Shown one piece after another: positions 1 to 10,352 of a stretch of DNA of 64,000 nucleotides; the first letter of the stretch is position 1, and each line of letters begins with the position of its first letter. A model generated the notes under the pieces. That model saw nothing but the letters and a program-made list of their open reading frames with translations, did no database searches and was not told the DNA's origin. Source of the stretch: a virus. The DNA is taken from UHGV virus genome UHGV-1376088; one strand, 5' to 3'. Position numbers and translations under genes: made by a program.

Positions 1-216
1 TCCTCCAATTAGGTGGCTAGCATTAATTTATCTTTTAACATCTTATGATTGTTGAAGAAATAACACTTTATCGCACCTGCTAGCTGCCTATCCCCTATTG
101 TAAGATTGCCTCATAGAGTAGATTTTGTCTACACTATGGGGCTTTTGTTTTCGCTTTCTAAATAGAGCTGCGAACTATAGAACTTTAAATGGTTAATAAA
201 ATAAACGGAATATTTA

Positions 217-441
217 ATGAAAATTAAAATTTATGGCAAACCGTCTTGTCCTTATTGTGAAAAAGCCAAATCTTTAGCCTCCTCTTTTGGTGAATATGAA
301 TACGTTGATATTATTGCTGAAGGTATTAATAAAGAGAAATTGTCAGAGATTTGTGGCAAAGAGGTAAATCGAGTGCCTCAAATTTTTGTAAATGATATCT
401 TGGTTGGTGGCTATACAGAGTTTGCAGCCAAATATCAATAA
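217..441 (+). CDS. nrdC: glutaredoxin (NrdC-like, CPYC active site)
   Basis: 74 aa ORF. The N-terminal Y-G-K-P-S-C-P-Y-C motif and the C-terminal V-P-Q-I-F-V-N-D-I-L-V-G-G-Y are typical of glutaredoxin. Confidence 0.7.
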   Translation: MKIKIYGKPSCPYCEKAKSLASSFGEYEYVDIIAEGINKEKLSEICGKEVNRVPQIFVNDILVGGYTEFAAKYQ

Positions 442-623
442 ATCATATAGATTAATTACGGAGCATTTTAAATGAGCAAGCCTTGGATTAAAGATTGGAT
501 TTTAAGTAAGCAAGCTAAAAATCTTGGCACAGTATATAATAAGCCTACAGAAAGTAGTAAACGAATTGCGGCGGCACGTATTAAGCGCAGCATTGAACTT
601 AGATTCAAAGAGGAGGAAATCTA

Positions 624-1133
624 ATGTTTGCAGGAATGCATCTAAATATGATTGTCGCAATTGACAAAAAGACCGGCGGTATTGGATACAAAGGTAAATT
701 ACCTTGGCGCTGTCCTGACGATATGAGATTCTTCAGAGAGATGACTCTCGATAATATTTGTTTTTGTGGTTATAAAACATATAGAGCCATGCCGCCTTTA
801 AATAGAAGAACTGTTGTTCCGGTAAGTAGAGATGGTAGAGGAGTTTCTTTTACCATTGAAGATTTGGAATCTGATTTGGGATTTGCGAATGCATTTAATA
901 ATGGCAGATCAATGGGCGAACTATTCCTTATTGGCGGCGCGGAACTCTATTTAAAATTCCTAAAAGATGGCAAAGTGGATACAATCTACTTGTCAGAAAT
1001 AGAATTCAAAAATAAAGAATATGAGTATGATACATATCTCAAATATCCTTTTGATGAATTCGAAAAAGAAGAAATTCGTTCTATTTCAACGGACGATTAT
1101 GAACTGAAGATTTACAAATTAACCCTTAAATAA
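624..1133 (+). CDS. frd: dihydrofolate reductase
   Basis: M-I-V-A-I-D-K-K-T-G-G-I-G-Y-K-G-K-L-P-W and L-I-G-G-A-E-L-Y match DHFR signatures. A strong aggagg RBS lies upstream. The true start may be an internal Met near 651. Confidence 0.7.
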   Translation: MFAGMHLNMIVAIDKKTGGIGYKGKLPWRCPDDMRFFREMTLDNICFCGYKTYRAMPPLNRRTVVPVSRDGRGVSFTIEDLESDLGFANAFNNGRSMGELFLIGGAELYLKFLKDGKVDTIYLSEIEFKNKEYEYDTYLKYPFDEFEKEEIRSISTDDYELKIYKLTLK

Positions 1134-1143
1134 GGAGCCTGTT

Positions 1144-1752
1144 ATGTTGGCAAAACTTAAAGCTATTTTGATGTCATTTTTCCGCACTCAAACAAATGAA
1201 ATGATCTTCAATGATCCTGATCGTGCAAAAGAATATATCAACCAAAAGATTTCTGACGTAAGCAAAGCTATCAATCAGGCTTGTGTGAACCGGGCTTCTG
1301 TTCAGCAGTCTATTGAAGACCTCGGAAAAGAAATCGAAAATGAAGAGCCGAAAATTCAAAAAGAAGAAGAAGCTCTTCGTTCCAAAGCTGCTTCAGGAGA
1401 CTTGAATAAAGATGCCGCTTATCGTGTCTTTATGCGGAAACAAATTCTTGAAGAAAAGAAAAACTTGCTTTCAACTTACGTTGAGCAAGAATTGGACTTC
1501 GAACGACTTTGTTTCGATCTGAATTTGCAACGTGAAAAATTGCAAATGAAGAAAGGTGAAGTTGCATTGAATGTCTCTTTGGGCAAAACCTTTACTGTTG
1601 ATATCGAAGCTGATGAATTCCTTCGTGAAATTAAAATCAATACAAAAGGTAAGGCTGAAGCGGCTAAAATTATTTCCGGCAACAAGTCTGGCATCTCCGA
1701 TGCTAAATTCGATGATTTCTTTAAATCATTGAGCCCAGAAAATAAAGAATAA
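1144..1752 (+). CDS. PspA/IM30-like coiled-coil protein
   Basis: 202 aa, fully alpha-helical and charged with heptad repeats. The N-terminal pattern resembles the PspA/Vipp1 family. Only weakly supported. Confidence 0.3.
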   Translation: MLAKLKAILMSFFRTQTNEMIFNDPDRAKEYINQKISDVSKAINQACVNRASVQQSIEDLGKEIENEEPKIQKEEEALRSKAASGDLNKDAAYRVFMRKQILEEKKNLLSTYVEQELDFERLCFDLNLQREKLQMKKGEVALNVSLGKTFTVDIEADEFLREIKINTKGKAEAAKIISGNKSGISDAKFDDFFKSLSPENKE

Positions 1753-1784
1753 CTGGTATAGGCCCTAGAGTTAATCTAGGGCTA

Positions 1785-2003
1785 TTGTCTTATGGAGTAT
1801 ATATGAACTTTACTACATTTTATTATTTGGCAATTTTGATTGCTATTGCTGCTAAGTTGTTTGGATATCTGGCTGCTTCTTGGTTATGGATTATCGGGTT
1901 TGCCGTCCTGCCATTTTTCGTTGGGCTATTCTTAGTCTTTGTTGGAATTATTATGGCTGCTGTTTTTAATGTGAATTTATCCAATAACCGTTATCGCAGA
2001 TAA
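1785..2003 (+). CDS. small integral membrane protein
   Basis: 72 aa with two hydrophobic helices. Confidence 0.3.
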   Translation: MSYGVYMNFTTFYYLAILIAIAAKLFGYLAASWLWIIGFAVLPFFVGLFLVFVGIIMAAVFNVNLSNNRYRR

Positions 2004-2019
2004 TAGCAAGGAGAGCGGC

Positions 2020-2676
2020 ATGACTACATTCTTTATATATGAATTTAATAATAAATTTGAAATGTATCAAATGGGTCTTTCTAAATGGATTGATATTGTG
2101 AAGACCTCAACTAAGTACAAGTTCGTTTATTTGCTAGGTGCCGCTCTTTTGTGTTTGGCTATCTTTGCGCCTTGTTATATAGATATTGTCCCGGAATACG
2201 TTAAAGGCATAATTATACTTATTGAGCTTTTAGGTGCAATATTTGTTATTCCAACAATTTTGTCTGATGACAATATTATTGTGGATAATAGAGATTCAGA
2301 ACCTCAAAGAATAATAGAGTCTAAAACCCTTTATTTCTTAAAATATTGTGGACGTGTTACTGATGCTATGTCCTTGTTCGATATTTATTATGTTCAATGG
2401 GAAGATGGCGCCGGTATTATTATTGACACCAGCTATTATCTTATTAATGATTATAAGACCCTTAAGCCCATGAACATTGCCAAAGAGAAGAGAGATGTAA
2501 CACTAGTCGTAAGCGGCAATAAAGTCAGAGAAGAATATCCATTTAATATTGTGAATTCAGAACGAATTGTAGAAATCGTAAACGACTTAGGCATCATAGA
2601 TAAAATATTTGCAAGCTCTATAACAAAAGAAAAGATTGGTAGAAAATTACTTGAAAATATCATGAAGGGATATTGA
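2020..2676 (+). CDS. hypothetical membrane protein
   Basis: 218 aa with two predicted TM helices near the N-terminus. No motif recognised. Confidence 0.3.
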   Translation: MTTFFIYEFNNKFEMYQMGLSKWIDIVKTSTKYKFVYLLGAALLCLAIFAPCYIDIVPEYVKGIIILIELLGAIFVIPTILSDDNIIVDNRDSEPQRIIESKTLYFLKYCGRVTDAMSLFDIYYVQWEDGAGIIIDTSYYLINDYKTLKPMNIAKEKRDVTLVVSGNKVREEYPFNIVNSERIVEIVNDLGIIDKIFASSITKEKIGRKLLENIMKGY

Positions 2677-2677
2677 T

Positions 2678-3577
2678 ATGGACTTTATGAAGCTGCATAA
2701 ATATAATCCTAAGAAAGACTATTCGAGATGGTATTTACAGGAAAAAGTTGATGGAGTGTTCGCAGCCATTGATGTTAATACTGGTATTGCTTATAGTCGA
2801 ACTGGCAAACCTTTATTTATTCCTGAGGGCACAACATTAAGGTGCACCATGGATTATATTCGTATGTATTACTCAGTAAACAAGCAGCCGGCGAATACTT
2901 TTATTATTGCTGAAATTTTTTCTTTTGGTTTAACACTTGAACAGATGTCAGGATTGTTAAATCCGAATCGCAAAGAACCATGGGATAAAACTATCCTGAC
3001 AGATTGGTCCGTTTATGCACATGACTTTGTAACACTGGTTGATGGTGTTGATAATACACCTTATAGTGAACGCTACAACAAGATTATTCGTATGCCTCAG
3101 AATTGTGTGGACTTGCGCCGTGTGTATAACATTGTATTGGAAAATGCTAAAGAGGCAGCTGCTGCAAAAATCGAAGAAGAATTTAACGATCTTATGTTGT
3201 TAAATTGTGAAGGCATTGTACTTAAAGATCCAAATGGCATCTATCGTATGGGTAAACGCGTCAATACGCAGGTTAAACGTGTTCGTGAGCATCTTGAAGA
3301 TGTAAGAATCGAACAGGTTAAATACGGTACTGGTAAACGTAATGGACAAATAGGCTCAATGTACTGTAGGTCTATTGATAATCCTGAAATAGCTTTTTGG
3401 GCAGACTTCGGATTAAATTGGGATGACGCCAAAAGAATCGAATTGACCTCTAAATTCGAATTAGACAATAAGTCTCTTATTGGTACAATATGGACGGTTA
3501 AGGGATTGCAACAAAGTAGCACTGGTAAATCTATACGTTTGCCAAAATTAATGTATATGCGATTTGACAAGGAGTAG
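2678..3577 (+). CDS. ATP-dependent DNA ligase (small, Chlorella-virus/T7-like)
   Basis: Nucleotidyltransferase motif I K-V-D-G (QEKVDGVF) is present. Motif IV E-G-I-V-L-K-D and a basic motif V follow. The 299-aa size fits minimal ATP ligases. Confidence 0.6.
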   Translation: MDFMKLHKYNPKKDYSRWYLQEKVDGVFAAIDVNTGIAYSRTGKPLFIPEGTTLRCTMDYIRMYYSVNKQPANTFIIAEIFSFGLTLEQMSGLLNPNRKEPWDKTILTDWSVYAHDFVTLVDGVDNTPYSERYNKIIRMPQNCVDLRRVYNIVLENAKEAAAAKIEEEFNDLMLLNCEGIVLKDPNGIYRMGKRVNTQVKRVREHLEDVRIEQVKYGTGKRNGQIGSMYCRSIDNPEIAFWADFGLNWDDAKRIELTSKFELDNKSLIGTIWTVKGLQQSSTGKSIRLPKLMYMRFDKE

Positions 3578-3580
3578 ATT

Positions 3581-4201
3581 ATGGCGAATTTGTTTGTAGA
3601 TGCTAGTGGTAAAAAGCCGAAGTGCTACTGGGAAGGTTATTCCTGTCCAAAAGGTAAATGGTACAGCATTAAAACCGGCCCTGAACCCTTTTTTATATTC
3701 TTATTATTGTTTAAGCTTATAATTGGACTTTTGATATGGGCGCTTTTAGACGTAAGCTTATATATAATTGGCACTATTGTAATTATTGGTATGGCTGTCT
3801 CTTGTTTTACGTATCACCATAGGGAAAGTTATACAATTTTACAAAAGTCCAAAAGCCTTGATGATATCCTGATTGATGATTCTCCAATTTATATTACTGT
3901 TTCTAAGAGCCTAAGGGCTATTTGTTTTATTATACCAGAAAAGAAATATATGTTTTTCAGGACTATTGGATATGGCGATGACAGGATTAATGTCACCTCT
4001 TCTATGTGGTATGTATATAAAAATAAAGAACCATATGAGATCCGTAGTAGGTATTTTGAAGATCCTATTAAAGATCTAAAATCAAAATTGAACTATAATT
4101 GCAATTTGCATTCTGTTATTAATTTGAATAGTTCTCAATTAAGTAGAGATAAAGTTTTGAAATGTTTGCAAGATCTCTCTTTTTTTATTTTTAATAAATA
4201 G
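3581..4201 (+). CDS. hypothetical membrane protein
   Basis: 206 aa with two TM helices. No motif recognised. Confidence 0.3.
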   Translation: MANLFVDASGKKPKCYWEGYSCPKGKWYSIKTGPEPFFIFLLLFKLIIGLLIWALLDVSLYIIGTIVIIGMAVSCFTYHHRESYTILQKSKSLDDILIDDSPIYITVSKSLRAICFIIPEKKYMFFRTIGYGDDRINVTSSMWYVYKNKEPYEIRSRYFEDPIKDLKSKLNYNCNLHSVINLNSSQLSRDKVLKCLQDLSFFIFNK

Positions 4202-4209
4202 GAGCTAAT

Positions 4210-4800
4210 ATGGCTTATACTGACTTTTTCCATATTAAGAAAGATAAAGATGGTGTTGAGCTTCGTTTTCTTAAGACGTGTATAGATACCGTTGATTGCG
4301 TTATAAACAATAAAACTGCTTCAAGGGGCGATGAACCTGGTCACTATTATGATGATAGACATGATGAAGCTCCTACAATAGATAAGCATTTTAATATAGA
4401 GGATGGCGACGTTGTATATGTCTCTAAAGAGTATAGAAGAGATAAGTATCTGTCTGATCAAAAGCTGCTGGATAATGTATCGATCTTAATTATTATCGTT
4501 TATAAGCCTGGCAAAAGCGCGGAAGTGATTTACTCTTGCAACTATTCACATTCCTTTATATTTAAAAAGGTTGTGCCTGAAAAGTTTTGCCTTTATAAAA
4601 ACAGAGAAATGATTCCATTGGATGAGTCTATGTTTAAAGCCGATATTCCTCATATTGAAAATGCTAAACTGTATATGGACCTCTTGTATGGCCGTGTTTA
4701 TAGTGAAGGAATTTCCAGATATATGTGTGAATCGGTTTTAGAAAGAGCTGAAAAAATATATGATAAGCTTTTTCTGGAAATAAACGATAGCTGCATTTAA
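4210..4800 (+). CDS. hypothetical protein
   Basis: 196 aa ORF with RBS ggagc. No motif recognised. Confidence 0.3.
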   Translation: MAYTDFFHIKKDKDGVELRFLKTCIDTVDCVINNKTASRGDEPGHYYDDRHDEAPTIDKHFNIEDGDVVYVSKEYRRDKYLSDQKLLDNVSILIIIVYKPGKSAEVIYSCNYSHSFIFKKVVPEKFCLYKNREMIPLDESMFKADIPHIENAKLYMDLLYGRVYSEGISRYMCESVLERAEKIYDKLFLEINDSCI

Positions 4801-4828
4801 ATTGTTGTTATAATAAAAAGGAAAAGGA

Positions 4829-5050
4829 ATGACTCCAACGATTGTACTCCTGCTCAGTATTCCGATCTTTATATTGGCCTGCTTTATTATCCGTGTCAAA
4901 GATATTGATTTGCCAGGCCATGATAGAATAGATAATCTTCTCATTTTAATATTCCTATATGGAGTGTGTTTGATTTGGCCAATAAGTCTACCAGTAGTTA
5001 TTATTGGATTAGTTGGCTTAGTAATTACAGGGAAGCATAAAGATTTATGA
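4829..5050 (+). CDS. small membrane protein
   Basis: 73 aa with two TM helices. Confidence 0.3.
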   Translation: MTPTIVLLLSIPIFILACFIIRVKDIDLPGHDRIDNLLILIFLYGVCLIWPISLPVVIIGLVGLVITGKHKDL

Positions 5051-5203
5051 ATATCTATCGCGTATTAGCATTTCTTGCATATATCCTTGGAATTGGTTTT
5101 ACTGGAATCTGGGTATTTAATCATGCTCCATATCCATTTTTAGGGATTCTAATTGCATTTGCAATTCCTGTACTTGTCATTAAATTTATTAAGGATATAC
5201 CCA

Positions 5204-5989
5204 ATGATTAAAAAGCTTTTTATTGCATTGTTTGCTTTGGTATCAATCGCAGCATGCTCTCGAGTTGAACCAAATCAGGCAGGCGTCTTGATGGAAAATT
5301 ATGGACGCAATGGTAAATCAGACTTCACCATTGTTAGTGGCGTAATTTGGACGATTGCTCCCGGCACTGAATTGTATCAAGTTCCATTGTGGGAACAGCG
5401 TGGCAAGTTTGAAGAGGCCGTAACGCTGAAGGCATCAGACAATACGGATTTTGCCGCGACTCCTGTGTATACTTTCCGTGTTATGAAAGACCGCGCAGTC
5501 GATGTTGTGTTTGACAACAAACAGCTTGGCTATGGTTCTGAATTTATCCAGTCTTTACAGGACAATATTCTTGAGCCTAAAATCCTCGACCTCATGAAAG
5601 AGGAAAGCCGCAAATATACGACTGAAGAGCTAATGGCAAAAGGCGGAAGCTTGGCATTTGAACAAAAGGTCCAAGATGTTGTTAAATCAGAATTCAAAAA
5701 TCGTGGTTTAGAATTAATGACTTTTAGTTCACAATTGACATTCTCTAAATCTGTCACTGGGCGTATTGATAAACGAAATGAAGTTAATCAAAATATCGCT
5801 GTAATTGATCAACAGATTGAAGAGCAGAAGAAACGTTTGGAACTGGCACGTCTTGAAGCCGAAACTAATAAGCTGAAATCAGAAGGTATTACTGAGAAAC
5901 TTCTGCAACAACAGTTTATTGAAAAATGGGATGGTAAAACGCCTTTATACGGCACAACACCTGTTACATTATTTAAACAAACAAATTGA
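5204..5989 (+). CDS. SPFH/band-7 (prohibitin-like) domain lipoprotein
   Basis: Signal peptide ends in lipobox L-V-S-I-A-A-C. The segment A-G-V-L-M-E-N-Y-G-R-N through T-P-V-Y-T-F-R-V resembles an SPFH domain. A C-terminal coiled coil follows. Start chosen at the internal Met with an aagga RBS. Confidence 0.4.
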   Translation: MIKKLFIALFALVSIAACSRVEPNQAGVLMENYGRNGKSDFTIVSGVIWTIAPGTELYQVPLWEQRGKFEEAVTLKASDNTDFAATPVYTFRVMKDRAVDVVFDNKQLGYGSEFIQSLQDNILEPKILDLMKEESRKYTTEELMAKGGSLAFEQKVQDVVKSEFKNRGLELMTFSSQLTFSKSVTGRIDKRNEVNQNIAVIDQQIEEQKKRLELARLEAETNKLKSEGITEKLLQQQFIEKWDGKTPLYGTTPVTLFKQTN

Positions 5990-6000
5990 TGATAATAAGA

Positions 6001-6033
6001 CCGTCACGTTATATACGTGGCGGTTATTTTCTT
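6001..6033 (+). terminator. rho-independent terminator
   Basis: ccgtcacgt-tatata-cgtggcgg hairpin followed by ttattttctt. Confidence 0.5.
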
Positions 6034-6060
6034 ATATAAATTAGAATATCGGAGACATGT

Positions 6061-6645
6061 ATGAAATATGAAATTCATATAACAGTAGACTTGCCGTCTA
6101 AAGAAAAAATTAAAGAATTTGAAGACAAATGCAAAGAGCTCTATTGTAAGCCTTTGGTAATAGAATTGCCAAATGGAAATCATACTGTACAACCAATGCT
6201 GTCAAAAGTAATAGATTTTGACCTTATGGAAGATATGAAAATTTATGTAAGAGGATTGAATAATGCATTGAAAGATTCTGGCTTTAAAGTGTCCAGAAGT
6301 AAAATTGAAATTCCATTATTTGAATTTAATGCCTTAAGAGAAGACTACCCTCTATTTGAACATAAATATTTTGAATATCATACCAAGGTTAGATTCAGTG
6401 ATACCGATATCAAAGAGCTTGAGGATTACTGCAAGAGTAAGGATTCACATTTGTCTAGGAATTCTTTAAGAGGCGAAGAAAATGTTAGATTCGTAACAGT
6501 TAGAAGTTATTCTGATATTGATAATTTTCTTGGTAAGGTAGATTCTTTAATTAAGGATATGCCGGCTAAATTTAAAATTATTAAACATCAGTTTGAATGC
6601 TGCATCTTTGATAATAATATAGACTTAGATAAAGGATGGATTTGA
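6061..6645 (+). CDS. hypothetical protein
   Basis: 194 aa ORF with a gagac RBS-like site. No motif recognised. Confidence 0.3.
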   Translation: MKYEIHITVDLPSKEKIKEFEDKCKELYCKPLVIELPNGNHTVQPMLSKVIDFDLMEDMKIYVRGLNNALKDSGFKVSRSKIEIPLFEFNALREDYPLFEHKYFEYHTKVRFSDTDIKELEDYCKSKDSHLSRNSLRGEENVRFVTVRSYSDIDNFLGKVDSLIKDMPAKFKIIKHQFECCIFDNNIDLDKGWI

Positions 6646-6646
6646 T

Positions 6647-7105
6647 ATGCCTAAGCTTACAATTACAGTTGGCGTCTCTGCTTCTGGTAAAACAACCTGG
6701 GTAAAAAGTTTAGACGAAGTAGAATTTTTCAATACAGTAAATATCAATAAAGACGATATTAGGTTTAATATCATTAAGCCCGGCGCAAATTGGAAGACAT
6801 ATAATCCAAGGGGAAATGAAACGAAAGTTACCCAGCTCCAAGTTGCACTTGTAGAATCTGCTGTCTCATCTAGAGAAAATATTATTATTTCTGATACAAA
6901 TCTTAATCCAAAAGTTCGTAGCTTCTGGAAAGATTTTGCCCGTAAGAATTACTATGACTTTGAAATCAAAGAGTTCTCAATCTCTTTAGAAGAGGCGATT
7001 AAAAGAGACGCAAATAGAGAAAATAGCGTAGGCGAAGAAGCCATTAAGAAACAATATCAATTATGGCTCCATTATTTAGAAACCAAAGAATCTAAGGAAA
7101 TGTGA
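6647..7105 (+). CDS. P-loop kinase (polynucleotide/nucleotide kinase-like)
   Basis: Walker A G-V-S-A-S-G-K-T-T-W at the N-terminus of a 152-aa protein. A D-T-N motif sits downstream. Confidence 0.45.
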   Translation: MPKLTITVGVSASGKTTWVKSLDEVEFFNTVNINKDDIRFNIIKPGANWKTYNPRGNETKVTQLQVALVESAVSSRENIIISDTNLNPKVRSFWKDFARKNYYDFEIKEFSISLEEAIKRDANRENSVGEEAIKKQYQLWLHYLETKESKEM

Positions 7106-7106
7106 T

Positions 7107-8153
7107 ATGGGCGGAAACCTATTTAAAACAGAAAGAATGAGCAGACAGGAGCATCAAGAGGTCTGTTTATTTATTTCAGGAATTTTGAAAAATTTAAATT
7201 ATGCATTTCCTGCATCTTTCTTGGATAAAGAAGATTTTGGGGATGTAGATATTATTGTTAGCAGCACGGATGCTGCAAAATCTCTTTTCTATGAATCTGG
7301 ATGTGTAACTAAAATCGATGGAACTTCATTGCTTATTAATTGCAAAGGCAAGCCTGTCCAGGTTGACTTAATCGAAAGCTCCAATGTGCCATATTCAACT
7401 ATGTACTATTCATACGGAATGTTTGGTGCAATGGTTGGAAAACTTTTTAAATCTCAGGGATTCAAGCTGAGAGAAGACGGCCTATGTTATATTTATAACG
7501 GCAATGAAGTACTTGTTACTTCTGATTGGCAGCGGATTCTTTATGTAATTGGAATTCATAAATCTCAATTTTCAAGAGAAGAAGAGGCATTTCGGGCCAT
7601 TGTTAAGTCTTTGTTTTTTGCCAAAAGAATCTTTACTGATCTACCACAAAAGAAACTTGAAAAGGCAATGAAGCGCCCAATGTATTCTAGATTTCTTGAG
7701 TATATTAAAGACGCTCGTGATATTACTCCTACTACTGATATATTAAACCACTTTTATGCCGATAAAGATTTTATTCGCAGATTGCAATGTGAAGATATAA
7801 CAGCTAAGGCTAATTCTGCATTGAGCTCATTGATAAAGACACATTATCCTTATGAAGACTTTAAAGCAAGATGTCCAGATTTAACCCCAAGAGAAGTGGC
7901 TAGAGAGTACAATCTTCTCAAAGGATATCTTCGCTCAACACTTATGTCTTATTTTAATGATAGAAGTTCACAAATTCAAAGACCATTAAGTGATAGTCGA
8001 GAGCTTGATATGCATATTTTCTATTTTGGATATAAAGCTGACGGCGTTGATTTTAAATATTTACCACTTGATAATCTAATAAAATTTCAAGGCATTCAAC
8101 AATGTCGAGTTTACCAAGAGCGTTATATGAGCAACGAAGATAAGGATCAATAA
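7107..8153 (+). CDS. hypothetical protein, possible Pol-beta-type nucleotidyltransferase fold
   Basis: 348 aa. A G-D-V-D-I-I-V-S segment near residue 45 resembles the hG[GS]..DxD NTase motif. Weak. Confidence 0.25.
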   Translation: MGGNLFKTERMSRQEHQEVCLFISGILKNLNYAFPASFLDKEDFGDVDIIVSSTDAAKSLFYESGCVTKIDGTSLLINCKGKPVQVDLIESSNVPYSTMYYSYGMFGAMVGKLFKSQGFKLREDGLCYIYNGNEVLVTSDWQRILYVIGIHKSQFSREEEAFRAIVKSLFFAKRIFTDLPQKKLEKAMKRPMYSRFLEYIKDARDITPTTDILNHFYADKDFIRRLQCEDITAKANSALSSLIKTHYPYEDFKARCPDLTPREVAREYNLLKGYLRSTLMSYFNDRSSQIQRPLSDSRELDMHIFYFGYKADGVDFKYLPLDNLIKFQGIQQCRVYQERYMSNEDKDQ

Positions 8154-8154
8154 G

Positions 8155-8571
8155 ATGGCGAGACATAAACATGCAGATTTAATGAAGCAGTATGCTGAAG
8201 ACGCTTCAAAACATGAATTCCCATATATATTTTGGCAATGCAAGGTTATTGATAGATGGCATGATTTGACAAAGCATCCTGAATGGGATTACAACACAGA
8301 ATACCGTCGTAAACCATTGGAGCAAAACGAATTGATTAGTGTCAGTGTAAAATTTATGAAGCCATTGACTGCGTCTGATCTTGAATTTATGGATCCTGAC
8401 ACAACTGTTTATTATACTGGCTTTGGCCCTCGTGGCCGTTTTTATGCTGATAGCATGAAAATAAAAGATGTTAGCGAAAAATCAACATTCGTATATCATG
8501 CGACAGAATGGAATGCGATAGAACACATTAGGGCTTTAAATAAAGTTTATTTTGGAGAACAAAATGATTAG
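8155..8571 (+). CDS. hypothetical protein
   Basis: 138 aa ORF, tightly packed with its neighbours. Confidence 0.3.
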   Translation: MARHKHADLMKQYAEDASKHEFPYIFWQCKVIDRWHDLTKHPEWDYNTEYRRKPLEQNELISVSVKFMKPLTASDLEFMDPDTTVYYTGFGPRGRFYADSMKIKDVSEKSTFVYHATEWNAIEHIRALNKVYFGEQND

Positions 8572-8860
8572 TGCAAAAGAAGCATACGATATATCCTCAC
8601 CAAATTTGGACAAATATAAAGCATTCATCGAAAAACGTATTCGTGAAGCTGCAAATGTTGGTAAATTGAAAGTTGAAATTCGTGAAGATCCATATAGTAT
8701 GTGGTTGTATGACGAACAAAAATTGCCTAAACGAGACATGGATGGATTCAGAGTTGTAAAAGAATTGCGAGAATTAGGTTATAAAGTAAGTCAATATTAT
8801 AATAGTAGTTCGTATTTTGTTGATGTAGCTTTGGTTATCAGTTGGGATAAGGACAGCTAA
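8552..8860 (+). CDS. hypothetical protein
   Basis: 102 aa ORF overlapping the upstream gene by 20 nt. Confidence 0.3.
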   Translation: MENKMISAKEAYDISSPNLDKYKAFIEKRIREAANVGKLKVEIREDPYSMWLYDEQKLPKRDMDGFRVVKELRELGYKVSQYYNSSSYFVDVALVISWDKDS

Positions 8861-9727
8861 ATGAAACAGTATTTAGAATTAGTTAATGATGTTCTTGAAA
8901 ATGGGACACCTAAACCAAATCGTACGGAAATCCCTACACCATACACTGTATTTGGACGTCAGATTCGATTTGATTTGTCTGAAGGCCTACCAGTATTAAC
9001 AACTAAAAAGATGGCTATTAAAGCTTGTGTAGCCGAACTGCTATGGTTTATTGAAGGCGGCACAGATGAACGTAGGCTTGCTGAAATTCAATATGGTAAG
9101 GATCGGTCAAGATTGAAAGATAAACGAACCATTTGGTCTGATAACTATGAAGCATGGAGAGGCAAAAAAGTTAGTGAAGTTGATTATGGTTATCTTGGTT
9201 GCATTTATGGTGCTCAATGGAGAGAATTTGAAATCTCAGATTGGGGCGAGATTGCCGAATTCGATCAGTTAAAATGGCTGATTAATGAATTAAAGATAAA
9301 TCCAAATAGCCGGAAGATGATTATGCTTTCTTATAGTCCGGCGCAAATTGAAGACGCAGCACTGACAGCTTGTCATACACAAGTTCAATTCCAAGTACAA
9401 AATGGTAAATTGAATTGTATGTGGACACAAGCAAGTGTTGATTTATTTCTCGGTTTACCATTTAACATTATGTCCTACGCGATTTTGACCCATATGCTTG
9501 CCAAAGAAGCCGGCTTGGAAGTTGGCGAGCTTATTGGTTCATTGGGTGATGTGCATATCTATGAGAATGCTGTTGACAATTTAAAAGAACAATTGTCGCG
9601 CGAACCATTGCCATTACCCAAATTGTGGTTAAATCCTGAGAAAAATATTTTCTCTTACACTGTTGACGATGTGAAGCTAATTGACTATCAGAGTCATGAT
9701 GCACTTAAAGCGAAGATGGCCGTTTGA
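8861..9727 (+). CDS. thyA: thymidylate synthase
   Basis: 288 aa. The N-terminal Y-L-x-L-x-x-x-V-L-x-x-G and the R-x-I-W segment fit ThyA. The sequence A-A-L-T-A-C-H-T-Q-V-Q-F carries the catalytic Cys-His context. The C-terminal A-V is canonical. Confidence 0.85.
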   Translation: MKQYLELVNDVLENGTPKPNRTEIPTPYTVFGRQIRFDLSEGLPVLTTKKMAIKACVAELLWFIEGGTDERRLAEIQYGKDRSRLKDKRTIWSDNYEAWRGKKVSEVDYGYLGCIYGAQWREFEISDWGEIAEFDQLKWLINELKINPNSRKMIMLSYSPAQIEDAALTACHTQVQFQVQNGKLNCMWTQASVDLFLGLPFNIMSYAILTHMLAKEAGLEVGELIGSLGDVHIYENAVDNLKEQLSREPLPLPKLWLNPEKNIFSYTVDDVKLIDYQSHDALKAKMAV

Positions 9728-9728
9728 C

Positions 9729-10088
9729 ATGAACATAAGGGAATTCGCTAATTCTAATGGTCTTTCAACCAAAGATATATCTGACGGCTATCATACTTTT
9801 GGTGAGCTTTATGAGCATAGAAGAATATTGTTTTCAATTATATGTCATAACAATAGAGAATTGGCCTGGAAGTCATGGAAGCACAGTGATGGTACGATGT
9901 TTGACGATTCATTCATTGTTGGTATAGAAACGCCAGAAGGCCAATATACTTATCATTATAATTCAGAGTTTTGGAATGAGTTTGATGTAAAAGAACTTAA
10001 AAATGCTCCTGAATATGATGGCCATAAGCCAAAGGACATTAAGAGATTATTGTCCCTACCTTCAATTTTAGAAAAGGAAAAGAAATGA
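9729..10088 (+). CDS. hypothetical protein
   Basis: ORF-track frame 9681..10088. The likely start is ATG 9729, directly after the thyA stop. Confidence 0.3.
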   Translation: MNIREFANSNGLSTKDISDGYHTFGELYEHRRILFSIICHNNRELAWKSWKHSDGTMFDDSFIVGIETPEGQYTYHYNSEFWNEFDVKELKNAPEYDGHKPKDIKRLLSLPSILEKEKK

Positions 10089-10282
10089 AAAGTTTGATTT
10101 CAAAGCGCAAGGAAAAACCGGTATCTGTTAAGGCTCTTTCTATTAAAACCCTTAAGGAAATGTTGCCGAATTTGGCTCCTAAATATCGTATTAAAGCCGA
10201 AAAAGAATTGCGTCTTCGTGGTGTTGAAATTTAAAACAATCTAAGTGTTGCTAATTGAGTTTAGCCATTTATATTGAAAAAT

Positions 10283-10320
10283 AGCCGGCATATGTTTTCA
10301 TATGTCGGTTCTCTTTTATT
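10283..10320 (+). terminator. rho-independent terminator
   Basis: agccggcatatg-tttt-catatgtcgg hairpin then ttctcttttatt. Confidence 0.55.
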
Positions 10321-10352
10321 AAAATAAGAATAATAATAATAAGGACAAATTA

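Noticed and set aside
7107-8153. cGAS/DncV-like nucleotidyltransferase (CBASS-like) call for the 348-aa ORF
   Set aside because: Only a single G-D-V-D-I-I-V patch resembles the NTase motif. No second acidic motif was recognised, and it is not linked to the E1/E2/JAB genes. It is kept only as a low-confidence note.
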